The position numbers and the translations under genes are program-made. The notes below the pieces were generated by a model. The model was not told the origin of the DNA and made no database searches. It worked only from the letters and a program-made list of their open reading frames with translations. From Candidatus Anderseniibacteriota bacterium (GTDB lineage Bacteria > Patescibacteriota > Andersenbacteria > UBA10190), in assembly GCA_021414205.1 (NCBI GenBank), contig JAIOOW010000003.1:195370-259369 (forward strand): a DNA stretch of 64,000 nt, written 5' to 3'. Positions 20,150 to 30,206 of the stretch are shown piece by piece. Position 1 is the stretch's first letter, and every line of letters starts with the position of its first letter.

Positions 20150-21394
20150 TTACGGTGTAAAGCACGAGTTTCCCGCAATAAAGCCGGTCGTCCAGCACAG
20201 CTGAAGGCTATATCCTCCCGATGGGCGGTTGATGTTTAGGACATCACCGACGATGTAGAGGTTCGGAAATAATTTTGATTGCATTGTTTTAAAATTCACT
20301 TCATCTAATGTAACTCCGCCGCTCGTGATGACTGCTTTATTGAGGCCCAGCAAATGCGATACGTGCATTGGCAATGCTTTTATGAGTTGTACTAATGCTT
20401 TGCGTTGTTCTTTAGAAACGTCATTACAATTTTTTTCAATATCGATACCTGCAAGTTTGTGTGCGGCACGTAGTACTGAAGCGGGGAGTAGAGTAGTCGT
20501 GATATTTTTTACTCGTTTTTTTGCTTGTTCTAAATAGATAGCTTGCAGCGCCTCATCGATTTCTTTGTGATTCATTGCGGGAAGAAGATCGAGCAGCAGC
20601 ATTACTTCTCCGTATTGCAACAATTCTCGCACTGAATTGCTTAAGTTCAATACTAATGGCCCTGTGACCCCAAAATGGGTGAATAGCATATTACCCGTTC
20701 TTGTTTCTCTCTTCGTATCATTCTGCAAAACTGATAGCTTTACATTTTGCAGGCTCACGCCTTGCAACTTCTTCGCCCAATTATCTGAAAGGGCTATTGG
20801 TACGAGTGACGGTGCAGTGCTGATTACCTTGTGCCCGATTTCAGAAAGCCATGTAAATCCGTCGCCCGTTGATCCTGTTTCCGGGTGCGATTTTCCGCCG
20901 GTAGCTAAAATATATGAAGCCGCAGACAGCACCGTGCCGTTTTGTAATTTCACCCCAGAAATATGTTTTTCAGCATCTAGAGCGAATCCTGTAACAGGAG
21001 AGTTTGCTTGAATAGTCACGTTATATTTTTTCATTTCCGCAACCAATACGTCCCATACAGATTGTGCGCTATTGCTGACAGGGAATTCTCGTCGTTCGTT
21101 CTCTGTTTTTGTTTCCATGCCTCGGTCATGAAAAAAGGCGAGAGAGCTCGTTACATTCCATTGTGTGAACGAGGTAAATAAATACTTCATACTTTCAGGG
21201 AGCTTTTTGAGGAAAAGCTTATTATCCGGCTGGTTATTGGTTACGTTGCATCGTCCGCCTCCGGTAATAAGCAGCTTTTTGCCCAAGCTGTCATTTTTTT
21301 CAAGTAGCAGCACGCGTGCTCCTTTTGAAGCAGCTTTCCCTGCAGCCATCATGCCTGCAGGCCCTCCTCCTATTACGATAACGTCGTATTCCAT
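20150..21394 (-). CDS. HI0933/BaiN family NAD(P)/FAD-dependent oxidoreductase
   Basis: GGGPAG, GKKLLITGGGRCNVTN, GSTGDG, LFTHFG and GGYSLQ. Confidence 0.93.
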   Translation of the reverse strand: MEYDVIVIGGGPAGMMAAGKAASKGARVLLLEKNDSLGKKLLITGGGRCNVTNNQPDNKLFLKKLPESMKYLFTSFTQWNVTSSLAFFHDRGMETKTENERREFPVSNSAQSVWDVLVAEMKKYNVTIQANSPVTGFALDAEKHISGVKLQNGTVLSAASYILATGGKSHPETGSTGDGFTWLSEIGHKVISTAPSLVPIALSDNWAKKLQGVSLQNVKLSVLQNDTKRETRTGNMLFTHFGVTGPLVLNLSNSVRELLQYGEVMLLLDLLPAMNHKEIDEALQAIYLEQAKKRVKNITTTLLPASVLRAAHKLAGIDIEKNCNDVSKEQRKALVQLIKALPMHVSHLLGLNKAVITSGGVTLDEVNFKTMQSKLFPNLYIVGDVLNINRPSGGYSLQLCWTTGFIAGNSCFTP

Positions 21395-21445
21395 AGATAA
21401 CAGGCTATCCTAGCACTATACCCGATTTTGAGCCATACTAATGCT

Positions 21446-22921
21446 ATGAAATTAGAAGCAGTTATCGGCCTTGAAATTCACGTACAGCTCAAAACGAAAA
21501 GCAAGATGTTTTGCTCCTGTGCGAACGTATTAGGGGATGCTGAGCCAAATACATCTATTTGCCCGATTTGTATGGGCTACCCGGGCACGTTGCCGGTGCC
21601 AAATGCCCAGGCAATACAGTGGATTCAAAAAGCGGGGGTAGCGCTCGGGTGTGAGCTTGCACAAGATAGTAAGTTTGATCGCAAGAGCTACTTCTACCCG
21701 GATTTGCCAAAAGGATACCAGATTAGCCAGTTCGATAAGCCGTTTTGTGGCAAGGGTTCTTTTCCTCTTATGGTGAATGGAGAAGAGAGGGTAATCGGCA
21801 TTACAAGGATCCACTTAGAGGAAGATGCTGCAAAGAATACGCATTCAAAAAACGGCAAAAGTACATTGGTCGATTATAATCGAGGAGGCACTCCATTGAT
21901 GGAAATTGTAACGGAGCCGGATTTTCAATCTCCTGAAGAAGCAAAAATTTTCTTGCAAGAATTACAGCGCGCAATGCGAGCGCTTGGCATATCGGACGCA
22001 GATATGGAAAAAGGGCAGATGCGTTGCGATGCCAACATATCGATGAGGATTGTTGGAGAAACAAAACTTTCTCCGAAGACAGAAATTAAAAACGTGAATT
22101 CATTCAAGTTTGTTGAAAAGGCATTGTTGTATGAGATTGATCGTCAGGCGAAATTATGGGAAGCAGGCGAGGTGCCAGGTCATGCAACGCGCGGGTGGAA
22201 TAGTGAAACAGGAAAGACAGAAGCTCAGCGGACGAAGGAAGAAGCCGCAGATTACCGGTATTTCCCAGAGCCGGATATTCCGCCATTTCATTTTACTATT
22301 GAGCAATTAGGAGAAATTAAGGCAAGCATTCCAGAGATGCCGTGGCAGGGTCGTGCGCGCTTCATGCGCGAATACGGAACAAGCGAGGCGAATGCAAATC
22401 TGCTCCTAGGTGATGAAGAGCTTGCGCATCTGTATGAAGATACGGCATCTGAAATTGCACAGGCAGATTTGGATAGAACGGATATTATTGCCGAAGAACA
22501 AGACGATTTAATGAAGCTTGCTGCGAATATTATATTAAACGACGTGCGTGCGGTACGCATGGAAACAAAAAACGAGCCATTGCGCATTACGGCAGAGAAT
22601 TTATCTGAATTAGTTGTGCTGATTCATCAAGGAAAAATCGGAAGCAATGCCGTTCGGCCGGTGCTTATTGAAATGCAAAAAACGGGCGGCGACCCTGATC
22701 CGATTATTGAAAAGTTAGGCGTAGCTCAAATGAGCGATACGAATCAATTAGATGAAGTGATTGCTCATGTTATTTCTGAAAATCCGGATGTAGTGGAAAA
22801 AATTAAAGCAGGGAAGGAAGCCGGTCTGCAATACCTGATGGGGCAAGTAATGGCGAAAACGAAAGGTTCTGCAAACCCAGGGGTAGTAATTGGGTTATTG
22901 AAAAAGGCTATATCTTCGTAA
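21446..22921 (+). CDS. gatB: Asp-tRNA(Asn)/Glu-tRNA(Gln) amidotransferase subunit B
   Basis: IGLEIHVQL, FDRKSYFYPDLPKGYQISQ and DYRYFPEPD. Confidence 0.97.
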   Translation: MKLEAVIGLEIHVQLKTKSKMFCSCANVLGDAEPNTSICPICMGYPGTLPVPNAQAIQWIQKAGVALGCELAQDSKFDRKSYFYPDLPKGYQISQFDKPFCGKGSFPLMVNGEERVIGITRIHLEEDAAKNTHSKNGKSTLVDYNRGGTPLMEIVTEPDFQSPEEAKIFLQELQRAMRALGISDADMEKGQMRCDANISMRIVGETKLSPKTEIKNVNSFKFVEKALLYEIDRQAKLWEAGEVPGHATRGWNSETGKTEAQRTKEEAADYRYFPEPDIPPFHFTIEQLGEIKASIPEMPWQGRARFMREYGTSEANANLLLGDEELAHLYEDTASEIAQADLDRTDIIAEEQDDLMKLAANIILNDVRAVRMETKNEPLRITAENLSELVVLIHQGKIGSNAVRPVLIEMQKTGGDPDPIIEKLGVAQMSDTNQLDEVIAHVISENPDVVEKIKAGKEAGLQYLMGQVMAKTKGSANPGVVIGLLKKAISS

Positions 22922-22925
22922 TAGG

Positions 22926-22954
22926 TTGACAAAATACGTATTTTGCACTATGAT
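22926..22954 (+). promoter_or_regulatory. sigma70 promoter TTGACA-17-TATGAT
   Basis: Near-consensus promoter upstream of orphan ORF 23030. Confidence 0.75.
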
Positions 22955-23029
22955 GGGCTGTTCTTTTGTTGTGTCAAAATACGGCAAAAGAAAGTAATTT
23001 CTGCACTTTAGGCAACAAGGGAGAAGATA

Positions 23030-23443
23030 ATGTCCGCATTTACTCGCAGTCCGTTTCAGGAGTTTCTTTCAGGCTTCCACCCAGGCGATAAAGAGGTGCG
23101 AATTCATGTGAAAAGGAACACATGGTCTAAGCTGTGGCACGATGGAACAGAGACTGAGGAGGTGCCAAATTCGGTGCCCTTCGGACCTAGCGGGCTCAAC
23201 CCTCATGGCGGCATCGATGTCCCCGGTATGCATGTATGGATTATGGACGTGTTCAACCCATTGTTCGAGGCAGGCTCTCGGCTGTTCCTGTGTCTGCGCG
23301 AGCTTCGCATCGAAGGCACTGATACGGTTATCCCAATTGATCAGGATCTGGATGAGCACAGTACTTGGCATGATCTCGTGTCTCAATGCTCTCGGCATCC
23401 GAACGATGGGTATGTCATGATCTACGACGTTTGTGATACGTAG
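23030..23443 (+). CDS. Hypothetical protein (137 aa)
   Basis: Own promoter, AAGGGAG SD and terminator aatcccc/ggggatt plus a T-run. Confidence 0.7.
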   Translation: MSAFTRSPFQEFLSGFHPGDKEVRIHVKRNTWSKLWHDGTETEEVPNSVPFGPSGLNPHGGIDVPGMHVWIMDVFNPLFEAGSRLFLCLRELRIEGTDTVIPIDQDLDEHSTWHDLVSQCSRHPNDGYVMIYDVCDT

Positions 23444-23569
23444 GCCTTGTCGGCGTTTCTGTCAGCTTAATCCCCAAAAGCAATGATGCTTACGGGGATT
23501 TTTTTATATATATGTAATAAAAAAACCGGCTTTGCGTAAAGCCGGCTGGATTGTTGGGATTTTTTGAGT

Positions 23570-23896
23570 TTATTGTTCAAGCTCCCAGGCAATTCGGACT
23601 TCTGATGGTTGCAAGTGGTTAATAACAGTAATTAGCGATATCGGCTTGTGTCCTGTGCACCCAGAAAAAAATTTACAGGTATGCGCGATGAGCGGATATG
23701 CGATTGTTGTATAGCCGCAGTTAGATAGCGCGCTACCAGGTAGTGCTCGTTCGTAGCGGATGCCTATGACGACGCGAGTATCTTTTAGAGTAATTCGTAC
23801 TGCCTGATCGTAAGGAAGCTTTGATAACGATAAAACTTTTGCATGAACCGCATCCGCAACTTCTCGGAGGACGTGTTCGTGAATGATGCCGAGCAT
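23570..23896 (-). CDS. Hypothetical protein (108 aa)
   Basis: AAGGAG SD 7 nt before the ATG at 23896; ccggcttt/aaagccgg terminator downstream. Confidence 0.6.
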   Translation of the reverse strand: MLGIIHEHVLREVADAVHAKVLSLSKLPYDQAVRITLKDTRVVIGIRYERALPGSALSNCGYTTIAYPLIAHTCKFFSGCTGHKPISLITVINHLQPSEVRIAWELEQ

Positions 23897-23995
23897 GGCG
23901 CCGCTCCTTTGAAAGTGCAATTGTTCAACCCTGTAAGGAGTATGGGGTATTCTTTCATGTTCGTAAACCGTACGCTTGTACGGTAAAATAATCAG

Positions 23996-25318
23996 ATGAC
24001 ACAACAGGAGGCTTTGGTAATCTTGAAAACAGGCGCGAATGTATTCTTAACAGGAGAGCCGGGCGCCGGAAAGACGCATACTATCAATGAATATGTTTCG
24101 TATTTGAAAAAGAGCGGTGTCGATGTCGCCATCACTGCGTCTACGGGCATCGCTGCCACGCATATCGGGGGAATGACGATTCACTCATGGAGCGGAATAG
24201 GCATTAAAAGTAGTTTGAGTAAGTATGATATTGACGCTATTGCTTCGCGCGAATATATCGTAAAGCGCATGAATCGATCTCGTGTGCTTATTATTGACGA
24301 GGTTTCTATGCTTTCCGCGGGCATGATTACTATGGTCGATGCGGTGTGCAAGGCAGTGAAAAACTCCGAAGAACCATTTGGTGGGTTGCAGATTATTTTT
24401 GTTGGAGATTTTTTTCAATTGCCGCCCGTCAGCCGTTCTGCGCAGGCAAGTCAGTTTGCCTACGATTCGCTTGCTTGGCAGCAGGCCAATCCTATCATCT
24501 GCTACCTTGCGGAACAGCATCGGCAAGATGATGCGCCGTTTTTGGAATTGTTATCTGCTATTCGCAGCAATACGTTTGATGAATTTCATGTTGAGCGCTT
24601 AGAAGCAAGGAGGGTAGAAGCGCACGCAGCTCCTGAGAACATTCCAAAATTATTTTCTCACAATGCAGATGTCGACAAGGTGAATGCGGATATTCTTGCA
24701 AGCATTCCCGGGCAGGCAAAAGATTTTCATATGTATGCAAAAGGCGCAAAAAATGTAGTCGAAAGCTTGAAGAAGGGGTGCTTATCTCCGGAAGTATTAT
24801 CACTGAAAGTCGGCGCAACGGTTATGTTTACAAAAAATAATCCGAAAGAACATTTCGTAAACGGAACGCTCGGCGTGGTTAAAGAATTCAGCAAGACAGA
24901 TGGCCATCCTGTAGTAGTTACGAAAGAAGGGAAGAAAGTTGATGTTGAAAGCATGGACTGGAGCGTCGAAGAGAACGGTCGAGTAGTAGCGAGCGTCACG
25001 CAATTGCCGCTTCGACTAGCGTGGGCGATTACGGTCCACAAAAGCCAGGGTATCAGCCTCGATTCCGCAGTGGTCGACTTGCGCCAGGTGTTCGAATTCG
25101 GCCAAGGGTATGTGGCGCTTTCACGGGTAAAGCGATTATCCGGATTGCACCTGCTCGGGTGGAATCAGAGGGCGTTTGAAGTGCACCCCAGTGTGCTTGA
25201 AAAAGATGCTGAATTTCGCGATAGCTCTCAAATTGCTGAAAATATGTTTAACGAAATGGATAGGGAAGAATTGCGCACCATGCACGACAACTTTATAAAA
25301 GTTATGGGAGGAGTATAG
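23996..25318 (+). CDS. PIF1/RecD-like SF1B helicase
   Basis: TGEPGAGKT, TASTGIAA, IIDEVSM, GDFFQLPPV, AWAITVHKSQG and YVALSR. Confidence 0.93.
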   Translation: MTQQEALVILKTGANVFLTGEPGAGKTHTINEYVSYLKKSGVDVAITASTGIAATHIGGMTIHSWSGIGIKSSLSKYDIDAIASREYIVKRMNRSRVLIIDEVSMLSAGMITMVDAVCKAVKNSEEPFGGLQIIFVGDFFQLPPVSRSAQASQFAYDSLAWQQANPIICYLAEQHRQDDAPFLELLSAIRSNTFDEFHVERLEARRVEAHAAPENIPKLFSHNADVDKVNADILASIPGQAKDFHMYAKGAKNVVESLKKGCLSPEVLSLKVGATVMFTKNNPKEHFVNGTLGVVKEFSKTDGHPVVVTKEGKKVDVESMDWSVEENGRVVASVTQLPLRLAWAITVHKSQGISLDSAVVDLRQVFEFGQGYVALSRVKRLSGLHLLGWNQRAFEVHPSVLEKDAEFRDSSQIAENMFNEMDREELRTMHDNFIKVMGGV

Positions 25319-25319
25319 T

Positions 25320-25568
25320 ATGCAGCAATGTTTTGTATATATTTTGCGATGTTCGGATAATACGCTGTATACCGGATGGACGACGGATATTGGAAAGCGT
25401 GTAGAGGCTCACAATGCAGGCAAGGGTGCAAGATATACACGAGCCCGGCTGCCCGTAACGCTGGTGCATTCCGAAAGTTTTACAACGAAAGAATTAGCGA
25501 TGAAGCGAGAGTATGAGATTAAGCAGTTGAGCAGGCTCGAAAAAGCACGATTGATAACGAAGAAATAA
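25320..25568 (+). CDS. GIY-YIG nuclease family protein (YhbQ/UPF0213-like)
   Basis: VYILRCSDNTLYTG and HNAGKGARYTR. Confidence 0.92.
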   Translation: MQQCFVYILRCSDNTLYTGWTTDIGKRVEAHNAGKGARYTRARLPVTLVHSESFTTKELAMKREYEIKQLSRLEKARLITKK

Positions 25569-25618
25569 AAATCCTCGCGTGGTTTCCGCGAGGATGTTGA
25601 AGGTTTGCTTGTTGGTTG

Positions 25619-26368
25619 TTACGGCTGGGCGATTCCCGCCGGATGTATTCGCAGTTGTTCAACGAATCGATTCACGCGTTCTTGAAAATTTTCCCATGGA
25701 CATCGTGTAAATTCTTTATTGAATAACGTGTCGAACATCCGCCTCACTTTCTCCGGTTTCATCATTGCGCAGTAGCGAACCCAAAGACGAAATCGAAGCG
25801 AGCGATTTGTTGCAGCGCATAGTGCTATATCGGCATATCGATGCAGGGATTCGCGATCGATGCCGCTTTCATGTTCTGCGCTCGTGATCGTCTGGTCGAA
25901 TTTTTCGAGAATGATTTTCGCGCACGCATCGAGCCATTTTTTTGCGACGTTTTCTGAAGCGCATGTGGCGAACATTTGAACGCCTTGATCTTTGACTGTG
26001 ACCCACGCGCATGGCCAGTCTTCGCTATGTTCTGGCAAGCCTTGTTCGGCCAAGTCGATAAACGCCTTGTTTGCAAACACGACCCGCGGCCGTTCTGCTG
26101 AAGTCGGGAATGGAATGGTGGCGTTGAACATCGTGATGCTTTTGTTTTGCACGAAGCCGGCAAGTTCGTCTGGGTGGTGATGTATTGGCAACCCTTTGAT
26201 TACCGGGACATGGAAGAACCCGTCTTCTGTGTACTTGAGCACGGGCAGTGAAGTTCCGCACTCAACAAGTGGTTCGCCGTTTAAGCCAATGATTTCCATA
26301 GCATTCTGACGTGATTCGGTATGAACCCTTTGATCGATGCCGAGGACTGGGTTCGTCATTTGTGTCAT
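25619..26368 (-). CDS. Hypothetical protein (about 249 aa)
   Basis: GGAGA SD and GGTTCTTTACAAC upstream; long ORF. Confidence 0.7.
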   Translation of the reverse strand: MTQMTNPVLGIDQRVHTESRQNAMEIIGLNGEPLVECGTSLPVLKYTEDGFFHVPVIKGLPIHHHPDELAGFVQNKSITMFNATIPFPTSAERPRVVFANKAFIDLAEQGLPEHSEDWPCAWVTVKDQGVQMFATCASENVAKKWLDACAKIILEKFDQTITSAEHESGIDRESLHRYADIALCAATNRSLRFRLWVRYCAMMKPEKVRRMFDTLFNKEFTRCPWENFQERVNRFVEQLRIHPAGIAQP

Positions 26369-26463
26369 ACGCAAGTCTCCGTTGTAAAGAACCAAAAACT
26401 GTTCCGCGAATGCCTATTCGCAGAACTAGTAATATCATAATATGCCTAAAAAAGCAAGGGTCG

Positions 26464-27339
26464 TTATATGCAAATCCAGCCGATATCTTTTCTGCGATTC
26501 CACCACGACATTTGCCGATGCGCATAGCGAAGAGTTGCCTGGGACATGAGTGCGATTACCTCTTCTTCTGGAAGTTCGCCATCTGCGAGCATGAGTGCTT
26601 GCTTGTAGTTTATTGTTTTCAGGAGCGGAGAGGTCGGATACTTTTTGCGTAACGTTACGGCTTCATCGGCAAGGCCTTGAGAAATCATGTCGCGTGAACG
26701 GCGCTCGATGTTTTTTTGCATACTATCCCAATCTGGAAAAATGCCGATGCGCGTTGAATCGTATTGCGATTGCGCTTTGCGCAAATCTGAAAACTTTTCT
26801 CCAGTTGCTCGGATCACTTCCAGTGCGCGAATTATTCGGCGCGTATTGTGCGGTTCTATAAAATTGCACGATGCCGGATCTTGCTCTTGTAATTGCTTAT
26901 ACAACACTTCGGGAGATTCTTGTTCCAGCTTTTCTCGGTATTCTTGGTCCGGTTGTATATTAGGAATATCGTATCCGTCTAAAAGAGCATCGATGTAGAG
27001 CATTGTTCCTCCGGCGATAATTGGAGTCTGATTGTTGCATGCAATAATTTCTAACACTTGCTGCGCGTCTTTTAGCCAATCTGAAAGCGTATACGCCGCA
27101 TCTATGCGGGTAATATTCAATAAATAATGCGGAACGGAATCTATGATGTCTGGTGTTACGGCGCTATGAGGCGTATCTAGGAATGCATCGATAGGCTTTG
27201 CAGTGCCGATATTCATGCCAGCATAGGCTTGCCTCGAATCTGCTGAAATAATGGCTCCATTAAGTTGTTTTGCAAGGTTGATAGCATAGGCAGTTTTACC
27301 AGAAGCAGTTGGGCCGACAATGGTATATACGTGGTTCAT
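26464..27339 (-). CDS. miaA: tRNA dimethylallyltransferase
   Basis: GPTASGKT, ISADSRQ.Y, IGTAKP, GGTMLY and RRIIRALEV. Confidence 0.95.
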   Translation of the reverse strand: MNHVYTIVGPTASGKTAYAINLAKQLNGAIISADSRQAYAGMNIGTAKPIDAFLDTPHSAVTPDIIDSVPHYLLNITRIDAAYTLSDWLKDAQQVLEIIACNNQTPIIAGGTMLYIDALLDGYDIPNIQPDQEYREKLEQESPEVLYKQLQEQDPASCNFIEPHNTRRIIRALEVIRATGEKFSDLRKAQSQYDSTRIGIFPDWDSMQKNIERRSRDMISQGLADEAVTLRKKYPTSPLLKTINYKQALMLADGELPEEEVIALMSQATLRYAHRQMSWWNRRKDIGWICI

Positions 27340-27355
27340 CTTATATACTATAAGG
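27340..27355. promoter_or_regulatory. Bidirectional -10 element between two divergent start codons
   Basis: 16-bp intergenic CTTATATACTATAAGG gives TATACT+6 nt+ATG on + and TATAGT+7 nt+ATG on -. Confidence 0.6.
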
Positions 27356-27859
27356 ATGATAAAGGGGATTGTATACTTGGCAGTTGCGTTGAGCGCCATT
27401 GGAATATATATGGGCGCTCTCCAGGTTACGTTTCATCCGGAAAAATTAGGAAATATCTCAGCGATTACGCAGGGAGTGGGGAGTTGGCAAGATGCTGTTG
27501 CAAAACTTCAATATTATGGAATTCTTGGAAAGAGAAGCGTTGAGAGATCTTTCGCAAGTTCCGTAGATGCGAAATTCAGTTTGGACATTACATACCTTAA
27601 AGCAGATGCGAGCAGCTTAGGTAAAGCATTGGATGCAAACGCGGGTGTGAACATTATCGTAGTAAAAGCGAAATTGTTATCAGATACGCTGAATCGAACA
27701 AAAGATGAAATGAAGGACGTATCAAAAGATGGTATTGCAAAAAATCGAGACGATGCATTGAGGGCGTTTGCGGATGCGCAGATACAGCTCGACCGATTAA
27801 AAGCAGTTGCGAATACGTATAAACAGGCGCAAGACCAGCTGGAACAATTGGCAAAATAG
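27356..27859 (+). CDS. Hypothetical membrane-anchored helical protein
   Basis: N-terminal hydrophobic segment and a coiled-coil-like C-terminus. Confidence 0.75.
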   Translation: MIKGIVYLAVALSAIGIYMGALQVTFHPEKLGNISAITQGVGSWQDAVAKLQYYGILGKRSVERSFASSVDAKFSLDITYLKADASSLGKALDANAGVNIIVVKAKLLSDTLNRTKDEMKDVSKDGIAKNRDDALRAFADAQIQLDRLKAVANTYKQAQDQLEQLAK

Positions 27860-27912
27860 GGATATAACGAAAGAAGGGTCGTATTCTTACGTTAGCTGGA
27901 GAGGGAATCGCC

Positions 27913-28140
27913 ATGCAATTATCTCTTGATGCGAGGATAACACAGCGCCCTAGTCTTGCTCTTTCGATACAGCGATTTATGGGTATTATGAATGTCGGCC
28001 AAAGTGCGGGCCACCCCACGAAGCGCGCATGCAATTGCGGAGGAAATATCGTTGAGTTTAAACCTCGGTTACGCCTATCGTCATCGGTGGTCTATAAGTG
28101 CGACAATCCCGCTTGCGACTTCTGTGTTGGCATGATGTGA
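27913..28140 (+). CDS. Small Cys-rich (zinc-ribbon-like) protein
   Basis: CNCGG...CDNPACDFC; GGAGAGGG SD; terminator cccggc/gccggg plus a T-run. Confidence 0.55.
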   Translation: MQLSLDARITQRPSLALSIQRFMGIMNVGQSAGHPTKRACNCGGNIVEFKPRLRLSSSVVYKCDNPACDFCVGMM

Positions 28141-28203
28141 GTTATAAAAAGCGTTGCAGCCGCCCGGCAGGGAAGCCGGGTTTTTTTATGCTATACTTTT
28201 ACT

Positions 28204-28953
28204 ATGAAGAAATTGCAGGGAATCGTCATAAGCGCAGTTGGGGCTGTTCTCGTTGTGGCCGTTATTATGTATGCAATTATTGCTCCAAAGGCAGTTGTGC
28301 ATGCTCCGAGCGTCGATAATCGAGAAACGGCGCTGCCGGGCAATACGGAACAAATTCTGCCGGTAGGGGCTACTGATGATTCTGTTGCCATTAAAAGTAC
28401 GCCTGTAATATCTACAGCCCCTTCCATGCAGTTTGTCGGGCCTCGGGACAATATTCCGAAAGATGCTCCGGGCGCATATGGATTTTGGTCATTTGCAATT
28501 CCTGTGAGCAATGTTATTTCTCGTTCAGGTCAGCCACTGCTATCTGAGTTCAAGTGGCTCAAAGATAATGGTTGGAAGGGCGATGTGGATTTGCGTCATG
28601 ATGGGGAATATAACGATCCCTCCGCAGATGATTCAAAGTTGCCCGGTTTTAACGAGCTTGGCTTTAACTATTTGCATCTAGATATTTTAGACGGCCATGC
28701 CCCGACAGATGACCAGGCTCAACAGTTTTTAGCGTTCGTGACAAATCCTGTAAATCAGCCGGTGCACGTACATTGCAGGGGCGGATATGGCCGAGCAGGC
28801 ACGATGACCGTATTGTATCGCTACGCAGTGCAAGGATGGCCGTTAGATAAGGCAGTTGCGGAATCGCGGTTATTCCACGGAGGAATTGCCGATGCACAAT
28901 TAAAATGGCTCACGAGTTACGCCGAAACGCACCCGGCAGGAAGCTACAAGTAA
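28204..28953 (+). CDS. Membrane-anchored Cys-based (tyrosine/dual-specificity) phosphatase family protein
   Basis: PVHVHCRGGYGRAG (HCxxGxxR); N-terminal TM/signal. Confidence 0.88.
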   Translation: MKKLQGIVISAVGAVLVVAVIMYAIIAPKAVVHAPSVDNRETALPGNTEQILPVGATDDSVAIKSTPVISTAPSMQFVGPRDNIPKDAPGAYGFWSFAIPVSNVISRSGQPLLSEFKWLKDNGWKGDVDLRHDGEYNDPSADDSKLPGFNELGFNYLHLDILDGHAPTDDQAQQFLAFVTNPVNQPVHVHCRGGYGRAGTMTVLYRYAVQGWPLDKAVAESRLFHGGIADAQLKWLTSYAETHPAGSYK

Positions 28954-28954
28954 A

Positions 28955-30181
28955 TTATACGTTCGGATTTAGCAGGGTTTGTATCTTCTCAACTGCATCT
29001 GCAACTGATGTAGTTTCTTCAGTAATCGATTCGGACTTTAGTGAAACTGTTTTATCTGCCATTTCTTTTTTACCAAGAATGATTGCAATCGGAATTCGCT
29101 GTTCTTTTGATGCATGAATTTTCTTTCCGATTCGTTCGTCTCGAACGTCTACGAATACGCGGGCACCTGCTTGCTTGAGCGCTTGAGCAACTTCTTGTGC
29201 GTAGTCGTTCACGTCTTCAGTAATCGGCAGCACAGCAACTTGCACTGGTGCAAGCCATACCGGCAAGTGGCCGTTAGTATGTTCGAGTAATACTCCAATA
29301 AACCGTTCATATGAACCGAGAATAGCGCGATGAATCATGACTGGTCGCTGTTTTGAGCCGTCTTCCGCGGTGTATTCCAATTCGAATCGGTTAGGCACGT
29401 TAAAATCAAGCTGAGCTGTTGCGAGCTGCCATGAACGTCCAAGACTATCTGTTGCAGTGAAATCAATCTTAGGGCCATAGAATGCAGCTTCACCCTCAGC
29501 TTTTTCGGGAGAAGGAAGGCCGTTTGCAATTACTGCTTCCTCAAGTATTTTTTCAGCAGCATTCCAAACATCATCAGATCCAAGATATTTTTCCGGAGTT
29601 TTTGGATCACGAAGGGAAAGTCGGGCAGTAAGCGTGAAATCAAACGCGGAATAAAATGTGGCAATACTTTTTAGAATACGGGAAAGTTCCTCTGAAACTT
29701 GATCTGGTCGGCAAAAAATATGACCATCATCTTGAGTGATTGCTCGTACGCGAGATAAACCTAATAGCTCACCAGCTTGTTCGTCTCGGTATACAGTCGT
29801 ATTTTCAGAGTACCGCATCGGCAAATCGCGATAGCTTCGCAAGCGACTTGCATAAATCTGTGTGTGATGTGGGCAATTCATCGGCTTCATAACGAATTCG
29901 GTATCAGCATGGCCTGTAACATAAAAAAGATCGTCTTTGAATTTATCCCAATGGCCGGACGTCTTATATAGCCCCGGTTTCGTGATATGCGGAATCCATA
30001 CTTGTTCGTACCCTAGTGGCTCTAAAATAGACCATAAAAAGTTCTCCAATTGCTTTCGGATAACAGTGCCTTTTGGAGTAAATAGGGGAAGGCCGGATCC
30101 TACGTGCTCGGAAAACGTAAATAAATCCATTTCCTGACCGATTTTTCGATGATCGGGAATGTTTTGTTCTGGTTCGTTCAT
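28955..30181 (-). CDS. thrS: Threonine--tRNA ligase, short form lacking the N-terminal editing domains
   Basis: DHRKIGQ near the start, KPMNCPHH, AAFYGPKID, MIHRAILGS.ERF; only 408 aa. Confidence 0.96.
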   Translation of the reverse strand: MNEPEQNIPDHRKIGQEMDLFTFSEHVGSGLPLFTPKGTVIRKQLENFLWSILEPLGYEQVWIPHITKPGLYKTSGHWDKFKDDLFYVTGHADTEFVMKPMNCPHHTQIYASRLRSYRDLPMRYSENTTVYRDEQAGELLGLSRVRAITQDDGHIFCRPDQVSEELSRILKSIATFYSAFDFTLTARLSLRDPKTPEKYLGSDDVWNAAEKILEEAVIANGLPSPEKAEGEAAFYGPKIDFTATDSLGRSWQLATAQLDFNVPNRFELEYTAEDGSKQRPVMIHRAILGSYERFIGVLLEHTNGHLPVWLAPVQVAVLPITEDVNDYAQEVAQALKQAGARVFVDVRDERIGKKIHASKEQRIPIAIILGKKEMADKTVSLKSESITEETTSVADAVEKIQTLLNPNV

Positions 30182-30206
30182 AGCCTTATTTGTACTATAT
30201 GTTGGT

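Noticed and set aside
23996-25568. PIF1 helicase plus GIY-YIG nuclease as a mobile element or defence system
   Set aside because: Both look like ordinary chromosomal family members; no terminal repeats, integrase or compositional shift is seen.
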